From an uncultured Acidobacteriota bacterium (GTDB lineage: Bacteria > Acidobacteriota > Terriglobia > Terriglobales > Acidobacteriaceae), in assembly GCA_963796925.1 (NCBI GenBank), contig CAWCNH010000002.1, positions 339,462 to 403,461 on the forward strand: DNA of 64,000 nt, written 5' to 3'. Shown here piece after piece: positions 56,860 through 64,000 of this stretch (position 1 is the stretch's first letter; the number at the start of each line of letters is the position of its first letter). The notes beneath the pieces were generated by a model. It was not told where the DNA came from, did no database searches, and saw nothing but the letters and a program-made list of their open reading frames with translations. The translations under genes and the position numbers were made by a program.

Positions 56860-57096
56860 CCTATGCTGGATTCTGCGATCGAAGCAACTCCATGCCGCGA
56901 GCCGAGCTATGGACGACTCCCGTATGGCCCGGAACCGTACTGGTGAATGGGGAAATCGTTGGAGTGTGGCGCCGGTCGGCGGCTAACGTCTCGATTGACC
57001 TCTGGGCCGACTTTCCTCGGCGGAGTCAACGGCGGCCGAAGCCGAAGCGTTATCACTGCCGCGGCCAGGTCCGATTACCGCACTCGATCTATAAGG
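56860..57096 (+). pseudogene. remnant of the C-terminus of a winged-helix DNA glycosylase (YcaQ/AlkZ-like) gene, with frameshifts
   Basis: Three frames carry consecutive pieces: VRPMLDSAIEATP, then ELWTTPVWPGTVLVNGEIVGVWRRSAANVSIDLWAD, then LSSAESTAAEAEALSL...TAA (57094-57096). The vLvdGrvvGtWr pattern is the family's conserved C-terminal strand. No N-terminal roughly 250 aa is present. Confidence 0.4.
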
Positions 57097-57161
57097 ATTC
57101 TGTTCATTCTATCTCTCAGCATTCTGTTACTGGCGGGGAGGTCGTAACCAAAGGAGATAAC

Positions 57162-57591
57162 TTGGCAACAGAAAAGTCCCACACCCGCAAGCGAGCTGAA
57201 GCAAAAATTACAGTGCAGAATTCTCAAGCAAAGCCTTACGACGAAAGCGAGGGCCCCACCCTTATGGAGATCCACTTAAACGAAAAATTCAGCAGAGAAA
57301 TCGATGGCGAATCACTGGTGCGAGCTTTGCAGGTTTTAAGGGACGATAAATATGCCAGCCTCTGTCAGCGTGCAACGATTTCGCGGAAAACTGGGTGGAC
57401 GCCAGGGAACCTTGGTGCTCCAGGGATCAAAAATCGTCGAGAGCGGCAAGATCAAGGCGACGTGGTTTGTTGTTCCCGGATCAGGAACCGGTGATTTGTC
57501 TGGGTTGCGAGGCGACGGCGGCTTTGAAGGCGACTTTGGAAAAGGATCTCACGGATGGCTGGACTATTGGTTCGAAGGATCAGAGTGCTGA
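57162..57591 (+). pseudogene. DUF3224 domain protein with a +1 frameshift (or sequencing error)
   Basis: The TTG start has AAGGAG 6 nt upstream. The N-terminal half (AEAKITVQNSQAKPYDESEGPTLMEIHLNEKFSREIDGES...LRDDKYAS) is in one frame. The C-terminal half (SVSVQRFRGKLGGRQGTLVLQGS...WFVVPGSGTGDLSGLRGDG) is in the next frame. The total length is 3n+1 and the switch is near 57357-57361. Confidence 0.6.
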
Positions 57592-57780
57592 CCGATGTTC
57601 CTGATAACCGTACTTCGGATACGGAAGTCCTATTGCGAAGTCCGACGCACCTGCAGGAACGCTCTCGACCAGCACCGAAGCAACACTCGCTCCAGAAGCG
57701 GCCGGTCCTGGGAAGTAGGCACTGACGTGGTGACAGCCCGGACTCACCTGCGCCGTTTCGTCCCTTTTCGTCAGGTGAAT

Positions 57781-58383
57781 TTAGCGTCGGCGAGGGGGTC
57801 CCTTTGATGACGCCTCGGATCCAGGTGGCTCACGGAATGGTTCCACCGCAATGCGCTGGTAACAAATATCCAACACAGTCAGATCTTCTGTACCACCCGG
57901 CGCCCGGAGAACTACGTCGTCGCCCGCTGCCGATTTCATCAACGTGCGTCCCAGAGGCGACACGTAACTGATGTGGTTGCGGTTGAGATCAACCTCGTCG
58001 GCGCCCACAATGCTCACCACTCGCTCCACTCCTGCAGCATTGGCAAAGCGTACGGTCGCTCCGAAGAATGCCCGCGTCGCAGCCTGACCCGATCGCGGAG
58101 CTTCCGGATCCACCACTTCCGCAGCTTCGATTCGCTTGGTGAGAAAGCGAATGCGCCCATCGATCTGCCGCAGCCGCCGCTTGCCGTACTGATAATCGGC
58201 GTTCTCGCTGCGATCGCCGTTGCCGGCGGCCCACGTCACCACCTCCGTCACCGCCGGGCGTTCCTTGGTGAGCAGAAAGTGGCGCTCATCTTGGAGACGC
58301 TGCAACCCGCTCGGCGTGATGTAGTTCTTGAGCGGGGTCGCAGGGGCGTCGGGTTGTGGTTGTCTGGTGAAACCTTTTCGCAT
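57781..58383 (-). CDS. GreA/GreB family transcript-cleavage factor (GreB-like)
   Basis: The coiled-coil tip motif is GDRSENADYQYGKRRL. The C-terminal globular domain has FGATVRF...ISYVSPLGRTLMKSAAGDDV. Confidence 0.8.
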   Translation of the reverse strand: MRKGFTRQPQPDAPATPLKNYITPSGLQRLQDERHFLLTKERPAVTEVVTWAAGNGDRSENADYQYGKRRLRQIDGRIRFLTKRIEAAEVVDPEAPRSGQAATRAFFGATVRFANAAGVERVVSIVGADEVDLNRNHISYVSPLGRTLMKSAAGDDVVLRAPGGTEDLTVLDICYQRIAVEPFREPPGSEASSKGPPRRR

Positions 58384-58437
58384 CTTGCAATCCTTCCAGC
58401 GCGGATCCACGGCCTACGCACGCGGGGTAAGGGAACT

Positions 58438-58959
58438 TCAAGCCCTCTTCAACAGTGTCCAGATCCACCCGGCGAACGTAAGCACGAGGAAAGGGTAGGC
58501 GAAAAAAGGGAGGGGCCGGGAAGTTGGCAACACCTGTTCACCCCAAAATATTCTTGCTGCAGTAATCGCAAAGAGAATCGAACCAATGACGCCTACCAGA
58601 CGAATCCCAATGGCGAATTGCTTGGAAATAGATGTGAGCAACAGGGCGGCAGACCATAAGGCTGTGCCTGCGGCAAACGCAGGCACACTTCCTTCGAGCG
58701 TCGCGGCAGTCCCCGATAGCATGACGGCCTCTCCGATAGCGAATACTAAGAACCCGGCGGAAACAGTGTCATCTCCCGCCCGGAAGTATTTCAATGTGAG
58801 TAGTGCCGTAGCCACGATCAGTGCGACAGAGTCAATTCCCCAGAAAGCTGCCCTGAGATTTGATTGTGCGACGACGCTCCCCAGTAAGCCAAACACTCCG
58901 CCGACCGCAAGACCAACCACGGCAATGATGTTCAGACGTGTGGGCGTGGCTGTGCTCAT
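58438..58959 (-). CDS. hypothetical integral membrane protein (about 5 TM segments)
   Basis: The ORF is hydrophobic throughout (LNIIAVVGLAVGGVFGLLGSVV, IVATALLTLKYF, FLVFAIGEAVMLSG, LWSAALLLTSI, ILFAITAARIFW, FFAYPFLVLTFAGWIW). The start is taken as ATG 58959. I recognised no family. Confidence 0.5.
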   Translation of the reverse strand: MSTATPTRLNIIAVVGLAVGGVFGLLGSVVAQSNLRAAFWGIDSVALIVATALLTLKYFRAGDDTVSAGFLVFAIGEAVMLSGTAATLEGSVPAFAAGTALWSAALLLTSISKQFAIGIRLVGVIGSILFAITAARIFWGEQVLPTSRPLPFFAYPFLVLTFAGWIWTLLKRA

Positions 58960-59115
58960 GCGATATGGAGTCTCCTCGATTGGCAGAAGCATCGATAGGC
59001 CGCAGCATCCAGCAGACTTCTGGGTTCCTGCCTCGTCACCGTTATACCCGAGTGACGGACAAACCTCCAATAATGCAACTCCTGCCGCAGACGCCATAGC
59101 TTACACTCAAACCAA

Positions 59116-60012
59116 ATGCTCAACCGGGGCCACGCCTATACCGCGATCATCACCAGCAAATATCACGGACGAACCCTGCTTTCACATCTTGCAAGCCTTT
59201 ACCCACACTCAACCCCACAAGCCTGGCAACAAAACTTGAACAACTGCGAAGTCACCGTCAACGGCGTCACCGCGACCGGAAGCGAATCGCTCATTGCAGG
59301 CCAAACCCTTGTCTGGAACCGTCCGCCCTGGAATGAGCCGTACTCTCCTCAGCACTTCGAAGTACTGTTTGATGACCCCTATCTGTTGGCCGTCAACAAA
59401 CCTGGCGGGCTGCCAACCCTGCCCGGCGGCGGCTTCATGGAAAACACCCTGCTGCGCCTGGTGCAAAAGCAGACCCTCAGTGCAAACCCCGTCCACCGGT
59501 TAGGACGAACCACTTCCGGCATCGTTCTCTTCGCCAAAACAGCGCAGGCGGCCGCTAAATTAGGCGCGGACTGGAACACACCCAGAATTCAAAAAATCTA
59601 TTGGGCGCTGGCGCAAAACGTTGCGCAGCACGACGTCTGCGAAATCCTCACACCCATCGGACTGGTACCGCACCCGCGCATCGGATCGGTGTGGGCCGCC
59701 AGCCCGAGTGGCAAACCGTCAAAGTCATTGGCGAAGGTGGTCTCACGCACCACAAGCACCACAACCTTTGAGGTAAGCCTAAGTTCGGGCCGCCCTCATC
59801 AAATCAGAATCCATCTGGCATCCATCGGCCATCCCCTGCTAGGCGATCCTTTGTACGGATTATCCGGTCAGCCGCTTGAAAATCTCCCCGGCCTCCCGGG
59901 CGATGGAGGATATTTCCTGCACGCCCGATTTCTAAATTTTCACCACCCCATCACCGGCGAACCAATCAATCTTGAGGCAGCTTTGCCGTCTGGATTCTCA
60001 TTGCATCAGTAG
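59116..60012 (+). CDS. RluA-family pseudouridine synthase paralogue (catalytic Asp position is Gly)
   Basis: Family motifs are LLAVNKPGGLP, HRLGRTTSGIVLFAKT and HQIRIHLASIGHPLLGDPLYG. The usual HRLD motif reads HRLG here. Confidence 0.75.
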   Translation: MLNRGHAYTAIITSKYHGRTLLSHLASLYPHSTPQAWQQNLNNCEVTVNGVTATGSESLIAGQTLVWNRPPWNEPYSPQHFEVLFDDPYLLAVNKPGGLPTLPGGGFMENTLLRLVQKQTLSANPVHRLGRTTSGIVLFAKTAQAAAKLGADWNTPRIQKIYWALAQNVAQHDVCEILTPIGLVPHPRIGSVWAASPSGKPSKSLAKVVSRTTSTTTFEVSLSSGRPHQIRIHLASIGHPLLGDPLYGLSGQPLENLPGLPGDGGYFLHARFLNFHHPITGEPINLEAALPSGFSLHQ

Positions 60013-60221
60013 GTTCACGGCGGGATTCAATCGAAAATTCGAGGACAAATAAATTCGCCCTGGAGTTTTCCTTGAGCGCAAGGGCAATCATGTGTCCAAG
60101 AATTTCGAAACCTTCGGTGGGATTAGTTCATCCCCGTCTTATCTCTCCCCAATGACACCCCCCTTAGCATCGATCCTGATTTTGAATATGTAATTTAAAG
60201 ATGACGTTGCATTGAAGAGGG

Positions 60222-62360
60222 ATGATCCCGATAATGCGGTTCATGAAAATTCGGCCTGAAAAACGACTCGCTTTATTCCTGCTGATCAGCGTCACTCTGG
60301 TTTGGGGGCAGACCGGCACCAGCGGGCCAGCCGCCGAGGCGCCTCCTACTTCTTTTCCGGCGTCAACGCCAGCCGCCCTTGCCACCGCCGAACACGCGAT
60401 CTCGGGACGCGACCCCGGGCCCGCGGGCCCGAGTCCTGTCACTGACCTGCTGAAGCTGCTGCTGGCAAACGTCAACTCGACGGAGGCCTTTAGGAACATG
60501 GAGGCAATGTGGGCAACCGACCGTTATTTTGACTTTGCCAGATTTCAGCAGACCGCGAAGAATGTCGCAGAGATGATGCGGCAAGCAGGACTGGACGACG
60601 TCCAGATAGGCCAGGGGCCGGCCGACGGAGTGACGCAGAACGGCTTCTGGACGCAGCCGATAGCGTGGGACGCCCATTCTGCCACGCTGGAAATCGTCTC
60701 GCCTCAAGTCCCAGAGGACATGCGCGTTCTTGCCGACTATCAGAAAATTCCCACCTCGCTGTGCCAGTGGAGCGGTCCCACTCCACCGGGAGGCGTTGAG
60801 GGTGAGCTGGTGCTGCGGCCTAAGGACATAAAGGACATTCGCAATGCGGACCTGAAGGGCAAGTGGGTGATTGGTGGCCGCATGTCCAAGACCGATTTGA
60901 AGCAGGCCGGCGCGCTGGGCATGGTTCGCGAGAGCAGAGTGAACCCGATGCTGTTGGACGAGCGTGACTGGGAGAACGATTTCGGCGATAACGGCTGGGC
61001 CTTCAATAAAAACGACACGCCCACGGTGTGTTTCTCCATTACGCCGCGGCAGCAGCAATACCTTTATGAGTTGCTCAAAAAGGGGCCAGTGAAGCTGCGT
61101 GCCAAGGTTGACACCCGTTACTACAGCGGAACGTATCCTTATGTGAGTGGCGTCATTCTTGGTAGCGAGGGGGCAGGCGCCGAGGAAGTCCTCTCACTCG
61201 GACATTTATACGAAGAGGGCGCCAACGATAACTCCAGCGGCGTCGCATCCATTCTTGAAGCCACTGCCACTCTCAACCGGTTAATTAAGGAAGGAAAATT
61301 ACCCAGGCCAAAGCGGACCATCCGCATGCTGGCCATGGGCGAGCGCTATGGCACGCTCGCGTATCTCGATGCCCACAAGGATCGAACCAAGCGGACCATT
61401 GCCGCCATGTGCATCGACACTCCGGCCGGATGGCAGTACCTGGCAGGAACGCAGTTCATCTGGTCCATGAATCCGCAATCGGCCAGTTCGTTTGTGGATG
61501 CATTTACTGTGCGCCTTGCCGCGGAATATTTCCCCATGGTGCGCCGCCCCCATTTATGGAGCGAGTACAACCGGGGCGCGTACTACGGCGGAACCGACGA
61601 TGACCTCGGAGAGTCGATGATCGGTATTCCCACGACTTCGGTGAACAGCGGCCACGGAATCCCCGCCCACCACACCAGCTTCGATACTCCCGCCCAGGTC
61701 GATCCAAAATCACTGCGCGACCTCGCCGTCATGAATGCGGCTTACGCGTACTTTCTGGCGTCGGCGGGACCGGAGCAGATGCACTGGATGGCTGAGTTAG
61801 CTGTGGAGCGCGGATACGATCAGATCAATGCGGGGACGGCAAACAGCCTGGACCTGGTGGCAGCAGCAGCAGACGCCGACAGCCTGGGCCATCTTCTCTA
61901 TTGGGAGAAGGCCCGCGTCGATTACAACCTGGCGCGCGAAATCAAGGCGGTGAAACAAGCCGCCGATCTCCAGCAGGAGCTGACTGCGCTAGCCTCCTTT
62001 GCCGCCGCACAGAAAGCGCGGATCGAAGGCGCCATCAAGGAGCGTGCAACGCAACTGCATTTGGGAACGATCCAGCCGATGCCTCCCAACTTCGGTCCCG
62101 AAGCCAAAAAGATCATCGTTCGCCGCAAGCGAATGGGCGCTCTCCCACTGGATGAGATTCCGGAGAGTCAGCGGGAAGGATTTCCTGACAGCGGCTTCTG
62201 GTCGCCAACCATGGCAGCACTTTACTGGTGCGACGGCAAACGCAATCTAGCCGAGGTCATCCAAAACACGGAAATGGAACTGGGCCCGCAAAAAGATTTT
62301 GACTGGGTGGGTTATTTTAAATTTTTGCAACGGCATGGGTATGTGGAGTTTGTCCAGTAG
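60222..62360 (+). CDS. secreted M28-family metallopeptidase-like protein (aminopeptidase-like, DUF4910-type C-terminus)
   Basis: It has a signal peptide (LALFLLISVTLVWGQ). The M28 metal-site motif is GHLYEEGANDNSSGVASILEA. The C-terminal motif is YWCDGKRNLAEVI. The start could be ATG 60222, 60234 or 60243. Confidence 0.7.
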   Translation: MIPIMRFMKIRPEKRLALFLLISVTLVWGQTGTSGPAAEAPPTSFPASTPAALATAEHAISGRDPGPAGPSPVTDLLKLLLANVNSTEAFRNMEAMWATDRYFDFARFQQTAKNVAEMMRQAGLDDVQIGQGPADGVTQNGFWTQPIAWDAHSATLEIVSPQVPEDMRVLADYQKIPTSLCQWSGPTPPGGVEGELVLRPKDIKDIRNADLKGKWVIGGRMSKTDLKQAGALGMVRESRVNPMLLDERDWENDFGDNGWAFNKNDTPTVCFSITPRQQQYLYELLKKGPVKLRAKVDTRYYSGTYPYVSGVILGSEGAGAEEVLSLGHLYEEGANDNSSGVASILEATATLNRLIKEGKLPRPKRTIRMLAMGERYGTLAYLDAHKDRTKRTIAAMCIDTPAGWQYLAGTQFIWSMNPQSASSFVDAFTVRLAAEYFPMVRRPHLWSEYNRGAYYGGTDDDLGESMIGIPTTSVNSGHGIPAHHTSFDTPAQVDPKSLRDLAVMNAAYAYFLASAGPEQMHWMAELAVERGYDQINAGTANSLDLVAAAADADSLGHLLYWEKARVDYNLAREIKAVKQAADLQQELTALASFAAAQKARIEGAIKERATQLHLGTIQPMPPNFGPEAKKIIVRRKRMGALPLDEIPESQREGFPDSGFWSPTMAALYWCDGKRNLAEVIQNTEMELGPQKDFDWVGYFKFLQRHGYVEFVQ

Positions 62361-62405
62361 TGAATTGCTAGAGCGTTTTTGATTTCTTGTCCTCGCTCCA
62401 AGAAT

Positions 62406-62451
62406 GGCTGCCCCACCCTTTCCTTTGAAAACCGCGAAGGATGGGGCAGCC
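62406..62451. repeat. REP-like imperfect palindrome (GGCTGCCCCA...TGGGGCAGCC)
   Basis: There is a 10-bp perfect stem plus 4 further pairs. The right arm translates as ...KDGAA, close to the KDGAP / KGWGT-type peptides that I recall from spurious ORFs over acidobacterial intergenic repeats. A partial direct copy, GAAGGGTGGGCTACC, is at 62524-62538. Confidence 0.45.
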
Positions 62452-62598
62452 TCGGTTGATCGAAGCATGAGGAAACGAAAAAACAAGAGTGGGCCAATTC
62501 CCTCCAGTTATTATTGACGTGGGAAGAAGGGTGGGCTACCTGCTGTTTCCATTCTTGAACAAAATGGGAACTGCGAATGTGGGGAGGAGTCTGTAAGC

Positions 62599-63240
62599 AT
62601 GCCAGCGCCTAGGAATCCGAAGATTTACCATATCGTCCACGTTGATCGCCTACCATCAATCGTGTCCGATGGCTGCCTTTGGTGCGACGCAGAAGTAGTG
62701 CACAGGGCACCGCCAGGCACGACCATTGGTATGAACAACATCAAACAACGGCGCCTGACTGAGCTTACTTTGAGCAGTCATCCGGAGCTGCACGTTGGCG
62801 ATTGCGTGCCGTTTTACTTTTGTCCACGCTCGGTCATGCTGTATTTGATGTATCAGGGTAACCATCCCGACCTCGTCTACCGGGGCGGACAAGATCCGAT
62901 CATTCATCTTGAAGCCGATCTACATGCAGTGGTTGAATGGGCGAACCAACAGGAACGTCGCTGGGCATTTACCCTGTCAAATGCAGGTTCGTACTACTTT
63001 GAAGATCGCTCTGACTTGGCGCAACTCGATGAAATTGATTGGGAGGCCGTCCAGGCACGAAAGTGGCCGAACTGTAAGGAACGCAAGCAGGCCGAGTTTC
63101 TGGTTGAGCACAGTTTCCCTTTTCAACTCGTCGAGCGTATTGGAGTTCATTCGCTCGCCCAATATCAGCAGGTAGTCAATACGTTACCAGTCGGTGGCCA
63201 TCAACCAAATGTTGAGATTTGTATTGACTGGTACTACTAA
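62599..63240 (+). CDS. darT: DarT ssDNA thymidine ADP-ribosyltransferase toxin (DUF4433)
   Basis: The RBS GGGGAGGAG lies 9 nt upstream. DUF4433 motifs are IYHIVHVDRLPSIVSDGCLWCDA, VGDCVPFYFCPRSVMLY, FTLSNAGSYYF and KQAEFLVEHSFPFQLVERIGV. Confidence 0.85.
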   Translation: MPAPRNPKIYHIVHVDRLPSIVSDGCLWCDAEVVHRAPPGTTIGMNNIKQRRLTELTLSSHPELHVGDCVPFYFCPRSVMLYLMYQGNHPDLVYRGGQDPIIHLEADLHAVVEWANQQERRWAFTLSNAGSYYFEDRSDLAQLDEIDWEAVQARKWPNCKERKQAEFLVEHSFPFQLVERIGVHSLAQYQQVVNTLPVGGHQPNVEICIDWYY

Positions 63241-63258
63241 AATAGTTTCGAGGATGCC

Positions 63259-64000
63259 ATGATCGAATTCCGCAGCGGCGACATTCTGAAGGACGAATCG
63301 GAGGCGCTCGTCAACACGGTGAATTGCGTCGGCATCATGGGTCGTGGCATAGCTTTGCAGTTCAAGGATGCCTACCCCGATAACTTCAAGTCTTATGCGG
63401 CAGCCTGCAAGCTCGGTGAAGTCAAGCCGGGTCGGATGCTTGTGTTTGAAACGGGAAGGCTCTCCCCGCCACGCTACATCATTAACTTCCCGACCAAACG
63501 TCATTGGCGCGGCAAGAGCCGGATCGAGGACATCGAAACCGGCCTGAAGGGATTGGTGGAGGAGATTCGTACGCGTGGCATTCGATCCATTGCCATTCCA
63601 CCGTTGGGCAGCGGATTGGGCGGGCTCGACTGGACCGCAGTCAAACCACGTATTGAGAAGGCTCTAAAAGCGCTTGCCAACGTTCACGTGACGATCTACG
63701 AACCCAAAGGCGCCCCAGAATCCGAAGTAATGGCCCACAGTCGCACAGTTCCAAAAATGACAGCTGGCCGAGCTGCGCTCGTGGAGCTAGTTCAGCGCTA
63801 TTTGGCCGGCCTGCTCGATCCTTATGTCACGCTGCTGGAAGTGCATAAGCTCATGTATTTCATGCAGGAAGCTGGAGAGCCACTGCGGCTTCGGTTTACG
63901 CAAGCACCGTATGGTCCTTATGCTGAAAATCTACGCCATGTGCTACATGCTATTGAGGGACATCTGATTGCAGGTTACGCCGATGGAGGTGACTCGCCCA
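63259..64000 (+). CDS. darG: DarG antitoxin (N-terminal macrodomain + C-terminal DarT-binding domain), truncated by the window end
   Basis: The ATG lies 18 nt after the darT stop. Macrodomain motifs are GDILKDESEALVNTVNCVGIMGRGIALQFK and IAIPPLGSGLGGLDW. The C-terminal region is LLEVHKLMYFMQEAG...APYGPYAENLRHVL. The frame is open to the last base of the window. Confidence 0.85.
   Translation, partial: MIEFRSGDILKDESEALVNTVNCVGIMGRGIALQFKDAYPDNFKSYAAACKLGEVKPGRMLVFETGRLSPPRYIINFPTKRHWRGKSRIEDIETGLKGLVEEIRTRGIRSIAIPPLGSGLGGLDWTAVKPRIEKALKALANVHVTIYEPKGAPESEVMAHSRTVPKMTAGRAALVELVQRYLAGLLDPYVTLLEVHKLMYFMQEAGEPLRLRFTQAPYGPYAENLRHVLHAIEGHLIAGYADGGDSP

Noticed and set aside
57350-57365. Programmed +1 ribosomal frameshift in the DUF3224 gene.
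   Set aside because: There is no slippery heptamer or stimulatory stop/rare-codon context of the prfB type at GCCAGCCTCTGTC. A simple 1-nt insertion or a sequencing error is more parsimonious.
1-64000. CRISPR arrays, IS elements/transposases, integrases, prophage genes and rRNA/tRNA genes.
   Set aside because: Reading both strands, I saw no regularly spaced direct repeats, no DDE/tyrosine/serine recombinase motifs and no cloverleaf-capable or rRNA-like sequences. None is reported.

Overview
The 64-kb window looks like a chromosomal segment of an Acidobacteriota (Terriglobia-type) genome. The hallmarks are three TonB-dependent receptors with N-terminal carboxypeptidase-regulatory-like domains, a Ser/Thr kinase fused to a TolB-like propeller, many Tat- or Sec-exported glycan-active enzymes, and CT-rich leaders. 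I saw no rRNA, convincing tRNA, CRISPR array, transposase or integrase.

Gene content from left to right:
- 1-167: 3' end of alr.
- 308-3007: Ser/Thr kinase.
- 3099-8225: operon of TonB-dependent receptor, YfiR-like protein and hybrid histidine kinase.
- 8595-9335: MOSC protein.
- 9986-46731: a roughly 37-kb carbohydrate-utilisation locus without SusD. It holds 2 TonB-dependent receptors, a DeoR+LacI double-HTH regulator, an esterase, a heparinase II/III-like lyase, DUF5107-TPR, 2 exported oxidoreductases or hydrolases and a BNR double propeller. It also holds an SSS transporter, nagB, a decayed agaS-like gene, a 7-gene translationally coupled plus-strand operon and a 1155-aa GH54-like arabinofuranosidase fusion.
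- 47082-54667: a LysR-controlled acyl/aromatic-CoA cluster.
- 54901-62360: ggt, a small patch of gene decay, a GreB-like factor, a membrane protein, an RluA paralogue and an M28 peptidase.
- 62599 to the window edge: a DarT/DarG toxin-antitoxin (defence) pair.

The most unusual observations:
- A SIS-motif segment encoded on the wrong strand inside the agaS-like gene.
- The bacterial GH54 fusion with a split lamin-tail domain and novel repeats.
- The double-HTH regulator.
- A TACTTT(G/C) box shared by five promoters of the locus.
- ATAC-N7-GTAT LysR boxes.
- An RluA paralogue lacking the catalytic Asp.

All functional calls rest on motif recognition by eye. No database search was run.
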